Shown here in pieces: positions 28,801-37,019 of a stretch of DNA of 64,000 nt (within the stretch, counting starts at the first letter, position 1; each line of letters begins with the position of its first letter). A program made the position numbers and the translations under genes. This DNA is from a virus (lineage: Duplodnaviria > Caudoviricetes), in the IMG/VR virus record IMGVR_UViG_3300032233_001141, positions 4,634 to 68,633 of that record. One strand, given 5' to 3'. The notes beneath the pieces are model-generated. The model saw only the letters and a program-made list of their open reading frames with translations, was not told the DNA's origin and ran no database searches.

Positions 28801-31744
28801 CTTTATAGTTAGTTCCTACTGCATTTACTGTTACGGTGTATACTCCACCAGTTCTGTTGACATTAAATGTTGCTGTAGAACCAGTACCATTTATGTTAGT
28901 TGCGGTTAATGCAGTATATGATGCGGTGCCAGCAGCAGCAGTGCCAGAAGAAGAAACAGCAAATATTTGTGTGCTGTCAGTTCTCCAACGTCGCATTGCC
29001 AAAATACATAACTGTCTAGCAATTTCAAAAGCTCTTACAGTTTCTGCAATTTGATAACCAACATACCCTAATTGTGTTCCTGTAATGTAGTATTGCGCTG
29101 CTTCAGCAACGTTATAGTTGCCTCCATATTCTAAATCACGAATAATAGCACTAACAAAATGTCCTATATCTCTACGGCATTTTGTTTGATTTGGTGTTGT
29201 AAATGCTCTTTGAATATATACTGTTGCTCCAATTGAAGGCGAAGTTCCAGTTGTGTAAGTATTTCCTGATGTTAAACCAAATGAGGTTAACGATTGTCCA
29301 CTTAGTAATAAATATCTAACTTCAAATACAGTAGCACTAACTCTATTTGTAACTGTATAATCTGTATTAAAATTGCTATTTAAATTATTTTTATATAATT
29401 TTACATTATCATCTACATAAAAACCATGATTTCCTGTAGTAGTTATTCTTAGAATAACATAACCAGCATTTGCTCCAGATCCAGTAGTGGTTTGAATAGA
29501 TGTAATACTAAAATTAGGGCAAAACTCATCTTCTATTTGTAAATATGTTTCATCTTTAATAAATTCAATATTGTTTCTAATTAAATTGCAAGCATCTTGA
29601 TATCTTCTTGAAACATACGCAGGTTCTAAAAATTTGTTTGGAGAGTTTAAAAGAGATAGAGTTATATAATATGAATATGATTTTACAAAACCAGCATTTG
29701 GAATGTAATTATTTTGAACAAATGATCCTAATTTTTTAGGTATTACAAAACGTCTTGCTCTTCCGTCAGCATCACGAATAATTTTATAAATTCTTTGCTT
29801 TCCATTAAACATAGAAAGATCAGGAGATGAAGTTGGCAATCCACTGATTTCTACTTCTTGACCTTCTTTGAAATCATGAGTATTTAATCTTCCAATCAAC
29901 GGGTTGGTGTAAAATACTACACCATCTACAGTTGGATCTGATTGTAAAGAACCATCAATTCTTGTAATTGGTAAAGTTGTTGTCAGATCTTGATTGTGTG
30001 ATACTACTTCTCCTTCTGGTCGAATTGAAATTATATCTGTAGCAACGAATGAGTATGCTGATCTTAAAAATGTAAGTGTAGTAGTTCCATTCGCAGCCGC
30101 ACCACTAGTATGAACTGGTCCTGTGCTTCCAGAAACTCCTCCAGTAGTTACCGTATAAACATTAGTACCATTATAAATTATTTGTCCAGATGTATATGTT
30201 GTTGTTTGGGCCCATGGTCTACCAGTATTTCCAGGATAAGTAAATGTTTCGCCAGTTTGGAAAGAACCACTTAAAATTTCTACATCAGCACTTCCATTAA
30301 TATTGCCAGATTCAAAAGTTACTACTCTTACTACACCTACCGCGCCAGTGTTAACACCAGTTACATATTCATTTACAATTAATGCTGTTAATCCTGTGTT
30401 TGTTTGAAATGGTACTCTAATTTTATTGGGACCAAAAATTTGATGTCCTACGGGAAAACTTCTACCAAAATCACCGCCAGCAGTTGGATCATAATAAACA
30501 CGTTGTTTGTCATCAAAAGCACATGCGTAATCCCAAGTAGCAACGGGATCTCCATTGCTATCAATTTTATCTCTAAATGTTAGACCAGAAATATAATTTT
30601 TATCCGCAAACTTAAACATGTGTTTGCGAGGATTGTTTGGTCTTACAATTACAATACGCAGAGAGTCACCGACAACAGAGCAATCTGGTGGAATTGAAAT
30701 TGGGTTATCTTCGGTATACTCACCCCCAGAAACAACAACAGTTTCTTTAACTCCAACTGATTGAGAAGCAATTTGACATGCTTTCTTAATAGTTCTTACA
30801 GGAGCAACAGCCGAGCGACCATCATTACTATCATTACCGATCTGTGCAGAAACGTATACACGACCACCAACGTCATTGGTGGCGAGGTTTAAAACATACT
30901 CTGTGGTTGCGATTTTATCTGAATCGTCACCCAATTGAGGTGTAATGGAACGAGGAAATTTCATTTCCTCGTTATAAAATTCTAAATCAGCACTGTCTAC
31001 TCTATAACCAATATGTTTGAAAGTTACTGTTCCATTAATATCAACACCATCCACCCAGGTTGGTGGGGTATTTGCTGTTAGTCCAGTATTTAAAGCTTCG
31101 TAAATATTTGTTCCAAAATATCTGTAGTCTCCCTTTTGGACGGCAACATTTCCAGACCAAAGAGTTCCTGTATTGTTTGCATATGTTTTTAGACTGGGAG
31201 CTCTAAATTTTGTATCTGGAGTAACAAAATTTTCAATATCAAGGTTTAAAATTCTTGCAGTGTCTGAAATAATAGAAGTAGATGTTCTAATAGCGCCGCT
31301 AACATCTAATTCAAAATCAACAGTATCCAAAAATGCAGTTGCTGCAGCACCAGACCCGCCGCCGCCAGAAAAAGAAACACTTGGGGCGCTGGTATATCCA
31401 AGTCCTTGTTCGTCAATGATTACAGCAACTAAAGATCCCGAAGAAATAATAGCTGTACCTGCTGCTTGAACTCCATTTGAAGTTTGTGGTGGACCAATAA
31501 TTACTGATGGAGGACTAGAGTATCCACTTCCGTTACCATTGGGGTTAATAACAATTTTTTCAATTTTTTGACCTGTTCGGTTAATACCAACACGAGGAAG
31601 TTTTGTTGTAGTATCTAATTGAACTCTAACAACTTCTTTTTCATCAGACCCAATACCCGATCTAATACTAAGCTCATTAGTACCAATGAGTTTTTGATTA
31701 GATCCCTTGATTATTTGCTTATCGGCATTAAATTCTAAACTCAT
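22826..31744 (-). CDS. Giant tail fibre / tailspike protein
   Basis: 2972 aa; GRVYVSAQIGNDSNDG...RTIKKA beta-helix entry motif, GLDADLLDG and DLDADKLD fibre motifs, NTLFVDATNNRVGI repeats, C-terminal ITIPANTNAMTAGPITINNGVTITISNGGAWSIV. Confidence 0.8.
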   Translation of the reverse strand: MSLEFNADKQIIKGSNQKLIGTNELSIRSGIGSDEKEVVRVQLDTTTKLPRVGINRTGQKIEKIVINPNGNGSGYSSPPSVIIGPPQTSNGVQAAGTAIISSGSLVAVIIDEQGLGYTSAPSVSFSGGGGSGAAATAFLDTVDFELDVSGAIRTSTSIISDTARILNLDIENFVTPDTKFRAPSLKTYANNTGTLWSGNVAVQKGDYRYFGTNIYEALNTGLTANTPPTWVDGVDINGTVTFKHIGYRVDSADLEFYNEEMKFPRSITPQLGDDSDKIATTEYVLNLATNDVGGRVYVSAQIGNDSNDGRSAVAPVRTIKKACQIASQSVGVKETVVVSGGEYTEDNPISIPPDCSVVGDSLRIVIVRPNNPRKHMFKFADKNYISGLTFRDKIDSNGDPVATWDYACAFDDKQRVYYDPTAGGDFGRSFPVGHQIFGPNKIRVPFQTNTGLTALIVNEYVTGVNTGAVGVVRVVTFESGNINGSADVEILSGSFQTGETFTYPGNTGRPWAQTTTYTSGQIIYNGTNVYTVTTGGVSGSTGPVHTSGAAANGTTTLTFLRSAYSFVATDIISIRPEGEVVSHNQDLTTTLPITRIDGSLQSDPTVDGVVFYTNPLIGRLNTHDFKEGQEVEISGLPTSSPDLSMFNGKQRIYKIIRDADGRARRFVIPKKLGSFVQNNYIPNAGFVKSYSYYITLSLLNSPNKFLEPAYVSRRYQDACNLIRNNIEFIKDETYLQIEDEFCPNFSITSIQTTTGSGANAGYVILRITTTGNHGFYVDDNVKLYKNNLNSNFNTDYTVTNRVSATVFEVRYLLLSGQSLTSFGLTSGNTYTTGTSPSIGATVYIQRAFTTPNQTKCRRDIGHFVSAIIRDLEYGGNYNVAEAAQYYITGTQLGYVGYQIAETVRAFEIARQLCILAMRRWRTDSTQIFAVSSSGTAAAGTASYTALTATNINGTGSTATFNVNRTGGVYTVTVNAVGTNYKVGDRMRILGTSLGGTSTANDLYITVTEVYGGRIADALYTPVYSAIARYFDSTVTQDTANSACSNVRNSINNLAYIFNTIITNGSSGAGSSSTGTQMDAAYLIQRNADFIASEALGFTKNLYPALGLTTDQERKCKRDIRTVLSYLCRDLVLGGNAGIVTAAEAYFTGTQLTGIPAGELAATRYAFNTKVKELAQLAMRNWKIGANGDGATYTRVYETTIPLFIDLTILPDTNTSKCAGIFSAIDTELTLFDTILSGTVIPGATTKTYGTLFNVNSILSVPENTLYDANDERITPRGLWNDLPIIEASPYIQNASVISFLGGGGCEIDGDKVSKPNCPFPGLELDGSASYPNQGKSMVAAQFTIVSFGGTGYKVVNDGYSQLVSVFVLFCADGVYADSGGYVSITNAATNFGIYALRARGFRQDPYSFDIGTITNVTTSVTGKTVLTVTGLGRRPLEHYVVKWNDYRNTNQLIEYFVDAVSAVTVGPPFTATITLNEEASFTKISTGLVVANSNAEFVGKTIKLHRPSIVNSSGHTWEFSGSGTDYNALPENGGTKIEAYEQVSENYGRVYTSGTDELGDFKVGYFARIENRTGNITFTGTVTISEVEFLKLKGGDVVVTGFDASNTLGGSFSSDSKIPTQKAVKDYISNNLGAYLNKPYSTNAVPRALVELTDSGKISIDQIPALRPFSVYTVANSAARLALEGALAGDIAIQSDTSVSYILNNDLTSLFVAFPVDTNLQFTNGNIFTGSISGGQIQATEYRQGVVYKINILTPGSGYATAPTVTISGGNPQSGAVSASATATIANGQVVTITLVAFGGFVGGKGYTTQPSINIASPGGSGVTATASVLIESRLYGTIVNNIKILDTDTISSNNLPTPTVVDIGRVVNTSAFTSSNWVSLSSNQISADNITSGVIATTRLANNSSEANSFTFLRGDQSYVPALQSIKGTETRYFARLSATANQNSQTLLFTTNADILKNHELVVITGIAANTIVSNIVTASGTSTVTISIPLTATLTAGTVIEFRRPASPVLLDSTYTIGNFIDKVVIASPGSGFTNGTYYDVTLSGGTGTGLKANITVAGNAITSVTVTNGGSGYNSDFTITPMPTSIGAGSGAVLAAKIATANKNYSNTAIDILRVTDQTLGSDAFGTVGVARFQKSQFTIGAAGNGSVTLKTGADSGLDADLLDGAQGAYYLNAGNLNAGTLSVDRLAGSYNIGISGQSGNTLRLITSTNNPTSSPNPNAAAEGITSDTRNNTSDGLDDGGTKHLVLTLRNFGSGSDSTGGGVRQLAFTDNNNMWIRGSSSGVASYGSWAKVWSSLNDGPGTDLDADKLDNRQGRFYQDARNINYGSLSDNRVPSYMSSKNFNTGIKVYTTGGAGAVYDIYLSGLVLTTSPFLAGLQVNLYDVNSQAQGTLTLTNVQTYNDADDTLDYTILTGVLISGSFTAPAVAQTIGTASVRYPFQEYTLNIAQTIETASLLSDAGTARLRLGRKDNTASSPAIYFNSSASPATNYNIAMIASGGNSTDGSGSLNIVAGTANNVTINNNAIWNAGNVTFNSTNVVSTAVLRDVSGNFAAGTITASLTGAASLNVLKTGDTMTGSLTISGVSSNLSVGGTLGVTGNTTLTGNLTVNTNTLFVDATNNRVGILTLLPTAALDVRNGAITVSDGTVDNGYNGLLRITRTATNNQYINLVDQGVYPWSIGMLNGTSTFAIGAGQATDANFTVANGSGRITILTSGEVGIGKEAQSGYALDIVGKARVTTGFEIDTLNDNSGAPLFFFGSSTRRNFRIGNQISVDNGFEITPSTADGGATFTTPAFVVSGSQTLAAPASTTIVGAVGVRKTPNTTYGSPIAAFALDINGNVNFDGTLYQNGAAFVASRWTASTNGTDIHRLSKVGINRADPTYTLHVGGVSNTGINIENTTLTSGANPSVVYANGDRQWLDSYGIFKTNRNSISESITIPANTNAMTAGPITINNGVTITISNGGAWSIV

Positions 31745-31795
31745 TTTGGCCTAATGCTCCGAAATTTATTAAAATTCTTCTATGTTATTTAGTTG

Positions 31796-32305
31796 TCAAG
31801 TCCACTGTAAACTGACTACTTGGACGTAAGCAATCCATTTGATATTTACCACTGTTCCTCCTCTGACCGAAGAATAACTGAATTGGTTCACTGCTCCAGC
31901 ATCATATGATGTTATAGACCACGTTTCTCCAGATGGAACGCTGTCTTTTAATATAGTAATTAATTCAGATAGAACTTGCACATCTCCAGAAGCACCACAT
32001 GTAACATGAGATTCAATTTTTGTAGAATAGTACCCGTTACCCGAAGCATTCACGGCAACAATATTTGCAGTTATAAAATTAATAGTATTTGATGGTAAAA
32101 TAATAGTATTACCACTTCCACTCAAGGCAAGAATAGCGGTATTATTACCCCTCATAATATAATCTGTTTTATTCACATCAGTATAATTAGAATTTTTAAT
32201 TTCTAATGTATTGATATTTTTAATATCTCGTAAATCATTTATAACTGTTGTTTCATTAACAGCAAATCCGCCAACCGAATTGTAAGTTTGTTTAGTTACT
32301 GCCAT
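31796..32305 (-). CDS. Hypothetical virion protein
   Basis: 169-aa ORF inside the structural operon. Confidence 0.75.
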   Translation of the reverse strand: MAVTKQTYNSVGGFAVNETTVINDLRDIKNINTLEIKNSNYTDVNKTDYIMRGNNTAILALSGSGNTIILPSNTINFITANIVAVNASGNGYYSTKIESHVTCGASGDVQVLSELITILKDSVPSGETWSITSYDAGAVNQFSYSSVRGGTVVNIKWIAYVQVVSLQWT

Positions 32306-32311
32306 GGTTTA

Positions 32312-35300
32312 TTATTTTTTAAAGATTGTTTTAACAACATTAAGTACAACTACATTTGCAGTAATTACACTCGAAGATAATGTAGCAGTCAATCTAACAT
32401 TACTAGAGGCATCAAAATCAAACGCAGTATCAACTTGATTCAATGATGTGATGACATTACCATACTCAGTATGGAATATATCAGTACCCTTAGATACCAC
32501 ATTAAATTCCATAATTTCTCTATCATTTGTATTTACATTATTTGCAATTAATACCACTTTTGCTCCATTGTGTAATGTTGGATTGAAAATATTAAATAAT
32601 GCAAAATTTGTGGTTCCTTTTGTTAATGTAAATTCAGATGTTTCAACCAAAACATCATCCAATTCAAACGTCTTCAACTCATTGTCTAATACTTTAATTA
32701 AAGTATTGGAACCAGTACCATAAGTTTTATTAATATAAATATCGCCAGTATTATTTAATCTAATTAATGGGTCATTATTTAATCCAGAAGATAATGCTAC
32801 ATCAAAATTTGTGCGAGTAGATAAAAATTTGCTAGTGGTAGATACACTATTATCTATGGTTAGTGCTAAATTGTCAAATGTTACGGTATCTACATTAAGA
32901 TCCAAATTATTATTTGTGGATGTAATAGTATCTAATGTATTAAATAATACTTCATTCTGAGTTATGCGTAAAGTATTGTTGCCATTATTATAGAAGTATA
33001 AAATATTTTCATTTCCACCAGGAACACTTTCGGGAATAATATATGTGTTTCCATCAACATCTTTTACTCCACCTAAACTAGTCCAATTTGTGCCATTGTA
33101 CCCTTCAAAAGAAGAAAGTGTTGTGCTGTAACGAATAGATCCTTGTGAAGGAGAACCTCTTTGTCCAGTATCTCCAGCAGGAATTACTAAAGAAGCAGTT
33201 GAATTAATTGATACTTTTTTCCCTGTAAATGGTTGTAAAACAATATCATCTGCTATTGCAGAAATAATATTTTGCGAGAGTTGTAATTTGTCATTAATTG
33301 TTAATTTGGTTGGAGTTGTGGTATTTCCAACTTTTACTGAATTTATTTTTCCAAAAGTTAAATCATCTACATAAGAACCAGTATATAAAAGTGTGGCAGT
33401 TCCATTTACAGCCGAACCTGTAGTGTGATTTGGTGGACTTGAAGAACTTGCAGTAGTACCAGCAATGGTAACCTCATAAACATTAAATCCATAATTTAAA
33501 TAAGTACCTAATGTCACAGGAGTATTTGCATTCCAAGGAACACTAATTGGCACAACTGTATTCAATGAAGATATAGTTTTTAAAGTATTGAAAATAAATT
33601 CAGTTGGAGTTACTTTCAATGTGTTGGCGGAATCATTATAAAAATATAATGTATTATCATTTGCACCAACTGTTGCTTCTGCCGCAATATAAGTATTACC
33701 ATCTAAATCTCTAACACCACCTAAAGAAGACCACGAAGAAGTTGTTGCACTATATCCTTCATATTGGGATGTATCAGTATTGTAACGAATAGCTCCATTT
33801 GCTACTATGGAACCTGAAGGTCTTTCGCTATTGTTTCCAGCAGGAATTATTAGAGCAGTTGTTGCAACTACTTTTGCTACTCTAGATGTAGATGGTGTTA
33901 GTATAATATCAGTAGATGCTGCTGAGGAAATATTGCTATTTACAATAGTTAATTTATCATTAATATTTAAAGATCCTGTTGTTTTTAATACTCCACTAGT
34001 AGTTAAGTCGCCGCTTGTGGGGGCAATTGATAATGTGGTGCCATAAGATACTATTGGAGATGTAATTAGAATATCAGTGGTAGTTATTATATCTAAACTA
34101 CTGGAATTTATAGTATTAATTGTTGCAGTGTTTGCATTTAAAGATGCTGTGGTTGTATTTCCTACAATATCTAATGCGTCAAAATTTCCTTGATCTGATG
34201 TAATTGATAATGCTTGTAAATCACCTGTCTCGATATTTGAGGAAATTACATCTTCAGAATTTACATCATTTACTGTTAAAATTAATCCACTACCAAAAAC
34301 TTTTGGGTTTACTTGATTTACAGTAATTGTTGCTTCCTGTCCGTTTAATCCCGCCTCGTCTTCGTGAGTAGATCCCCCATCACAAAAATAATACAACGTT
34401 GCTGGTGTTGTTGTGGTTGGAGTAATTGTTAAAAAAGAATTAGACCTAGTAACTTCAGATCCTGAATAGATAGCACCTTTAAAAGATAGTGTAACTGCTC
34501 CAGCAGTAGTTGGGGTGGACGATAGAGTTACTGTAGTTCCGTTTATTGCTTGTACGTAAACTTTTGTAGTAGAAACTTCTGAAACTAACATACCAGTTCC
34601 AGAAGTTTTGGTAACTTCCATACCAACTAAAATACCAGTTGCACTTGAAACAGTAATTTGTGGACTGGAAGTTGATAGAGTACTAGTGATACCACTAACT
34701 ACATTATTTGTTCCATCTGGATGTATACTTAAATATAATGGATGACTGGATATAGAAGATAAATTAAACGAATATTTACTATCTTTGTAAATCGTTAAAT
34801 TTGGATGTAACTGTGGTCCACTACCTAGATCAATGAAATATTTCTCTCTATCGTCAATTGTGGAAATTGTGAATGTTGGTGTAGTTGTTCCAACTTTTCT
34901 CAAAATCATAGATGTAGTTAATGTGCCAGATGTAGTATCTGCAGTTATAAAACTTATATTTGCTCCACTGGTTAACTTTTCTTTTACGCTAAGATTAGCA
35001 TTTACAACTACAGTAAAAATTGTAATCGTTAAATTATTAGCAGGAGTTGCACCACCTAAAGATGCTCCATTGATTGTAATAGTATCTGCAGGAGCATAAC
35101 CACTTCCAGCAACAGATATTGTGTCTATCGTGTAAGTACCACCTGTTCGAGAAATGGTAAATCTTGCATTAATACCAGAACCAGAAGTGGACGAGGGAGC
35201 TACGTTAGTATATGTCTGTGTTCCAGATGCTGCTGTGCCATTACTATTTACAGTTAAAATTGCACCTACGTTTGCAACTTCTAAATTATCATTAACTAAA

Positions 35301-36814
35301 ATATTTGTTGAAGGTATAGTTCCACTAAAAGTTATTTTTTGATACGTCTCACTAGACACATCATATATTACTGGAGAAACTAAATCTTTAGCGGCAACTG
35401 ATAACGTGTCTCCAATAATATACCCAAGACCACCGTTAATTATAGAAAAATCTGATACAACACCAATTGCACTAATTGTATAAGCAAATCCAGTTCCAGA
35501 ACCATATGTGGGAGTGAAACTTAAAGTAGCAGATCCTGGTGTTGTTGGTGATGATGATAGTGTTAATGTGGTTAAATTTTGTATTGATTGTACTGTAGTA
35601 TTTGCAGCTAAAACACCAGTACCAGCGGTTTTAGTTACTTCTGCACCGATTTGAATATTAGCAGTTGATGCTACAGTTATTACTGCTGGAGTCGAAGATA
35701 CAAAATCTAATGTAGCTGCTCCAGATCCAGTTGGGTTTGATGATAGTGTTATTTGTGTACCACCGTTCACACTTAAAATTGTAGTATTTAATCCTAAAGT
35801 ACCAGTAGAACCAGCACCAGTAGTTACTGACATTCCAGCAACTAAACCAGAAGTACTAGTTAATGTAACTAATGGAGTTGCAGTCGATAATGTTGCAGTT
35901 AACCCAGAAATATTACCTGTTAAAGTGGTTGTTACCCCAGTAACAGCCGCTGGTAATGATAGAACATTTCCTGATACATATCCACTACCGAAATCAGAAA
36001 TTTCTAAACCTTTTACTTTTAACGGATTATTTGTAATAGTATATTGAAATCCGCTACCAGATCCACCAAGGTTTGCCGCAGATGCTGACAAAACATTGCC
36101 TTGTAAATATCCAGTTCCTTGAGATGTAATGTTGATCGAACTAACTACACCACCAAATACATTTATTGTAGCTTGAGCTCCAGATCCACTTCCACTAACA
36201 TTTGTTAATGGAACATTCTGATAAGTGTTTGATACATAACCAGATCCAGGATTTGTTATTGATCCTTGTATTCCTTCTACCGTAAAGGTACACTCTGCTC
36301 CAGAACCTGATCCGCCTGTTAATTTTTGTTGACTGTATGCACCGATGGTGTAATTAGATCCTGCATTAGTTGTAGATCCAGCAAATCCATCTACAGTAAT
36401 AGTTGCAGTTGCTCCTTCACCAGTACCACCTAATAGAGAAACAGTGTCAAATATTCCTTCATCATAAAAAGTACCAGCAGCAGTTGTAGTTATTCCTGCG
36501 GTTTCTAGTATTTTTCTTTGTAAAGTGAAATTTCTGTATGAATAATGTGAACCAGATGAAAATTGAAATAATGATTTTGATTCACAAACAACACCTATTG
36601 CTTTATTTTCTGGTTTAAAAATGCCGAGAGATGAATCTGAAGTGAACGCTAAAGATGGAGATGCTAGTGTGCCATCTCCTAATCTTAAATTTCCAGTGGC
36701 AAGATCGCTACCACCACTACTGATGCCGTAAACATCTTGAGCTAGCAGATTTATTTTTTGTCTCTGAGATTCCAGAGTGTCTGTTTTGGCGACATTTCTA
36801 AGTACTGCTGGCAT
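32312..36814 (-). CDS. Large baseplate/fibre-associated structural protein
   Basis: 1500 aa; repeated GSGY..G motifs; internal duplication (GAIRYNTD...WSSLGGVRDLDGNTYI and GSIRYST...WTSLGGVKDVDGNTYI). Confidence 0.8.
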   Translation of the reverse strand: MPAVLRNVAKTDTLESQRQKINLLAQDVYGISSGGSDLATGNLRLGDGTLASPSLAFTSDSSLGIFKPENKAIGVVCESKSLFQFSSGSHYSYRNFTLQRKILETAGITTTAAGTFYDEGIFDTVSLLGGTGEGATATITVDGFAGSTTNAGSNYTIGAYSQQKLTGGSGSGAECTFTVEGIQGSITNPGSGYVSNTYQNVPLTNVSGSGSGAQATINVFGGVVSSINITSQGTGYLQGNVLSASAANLGGSGSGFQYTITNNPLKVKGLEISDFGSGYVSGNVLSLPAAVTGVTTTLTGNISGLTATLSTATPLVTLTSTSGLVAGMSVTTGAGSTGTLGLNTTILSVNGGTQITLSSNPTGSGAATLDFVSSTPAVITVASTANIQIGAEVTKTAGTGVLAANTTVQSIQNLTTLTLSSSPTTPGSATLSFTPTYGSGTGFAYTISAIGVVSDFSIINGGLGYIIGDTLSVAAKDLVSPVIYDVSSETYQKITFSGTIPSTNILVNDNLEVANVGAILTVNSNGTAASGTQTYTNVAPSSTSGSGINARFTISRTGGTYTIDTISVAGSGYAPADTITINGASLGGATPANNLTITIFTVVVNANLSVKEKLTSGANISFITADTTSGTLTTSMILRKVGTTTPTFTISTIDDREKYFIDLGSGPQLHPNLTIYKDSKYSFNLSSISSHPLYLSIHPDGTNNVVSGITSTLSTSSPQITVSSATGILVGMEVTKTSGTGMLVSEVSTTKVYVQAINGTTVTLSSTPTTAGAVTLSFKGAIYSGSEVTRSNSFLTITPTTTTPATLYYFCDGGSTHEDEAGLNGQEATITVNQVNPKVFGSGLILTVNDVNSEDVISSNIETGDLQALSITSDQGNFDALDIVGNTTTASLNANTATINTINSSSLDIITTTDILITSPIVSYGTTLSIAPTSGDLTTSGVLKTTGSLNINDKLTIVNSNISSAASTDIILTPSTSRVAKVVATTALIIPAGNNSERPSGSIVANGAIRYNTDTSQYEGYSATTSSWSSLGGVRDLDGNTYIAAEATVGANDNTLYFYNDSANTLKVTPTEFIFNTLKTISSLNTVVPISVPWNANTPVTLGTYLNYGFNVYEVTIAGTTASSSSPPNHTTGSAVNGTATLLYTGSYVDDLTFGKINSVKVGNTTTPTKLTINDKLQLSQNIISAIADDIVLQPFTGKKVSINSTASLVIPAGDTGQRGSPSQGSIRYSTTLSSFEGYNGTNWTSLGGVKDVDGNTYIIPESVPGGNENILYFYNNGNNTLRITQNEVLFNTLDTITSTNNNLDLNVDTVTFDNLALTIDNSVSTTSKFLSTRTNFDVALSSGLNNDPLIRLNNTGDIYINKTYGTGSNTLIKVLDNELKTFELDDVLVETSEFTLTKGTTNFALFNIFNPTLHNGAKVVLIANNVNTNDREIMEFNVVSKGTDIFHTEYGNVITSLNQVDTAFDFDASSNVRLTATLSSSVITANVVVLNVVKTIFKK

Positions 36815-37019
36815 TGTTAATAAATTCTCTTAGAAGGTTTTTAATATCTGATAATTCATTTTTTAATTCTTCCACATCAGATTGAAGTTTTTTAATAGAC
36901 GCTGAACCGTTTTTACGTTTTTTTGCGTCTTCAAATACACTTTTATCAGTATTTATAATGGCACCAGTACTATTATCTCTAACGAGATAATCATGATCCA
37001 TTACTTTTGTATAATCCAT
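36798..37019 (-). CDS. Small coiled-coil protein
   Basis: 73 aa; LVRDNSTGAIINTD, then IKKLQSDVEELKNELSDIKNLL. Confidence 0.8.
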   Translation of the reverse strand: MDYTKVMDHDYLVRDNSTGAIINTDKSVFEDAKKRKNGSASIKKLQSDVEELKNELSDIKNLLREFINNASST

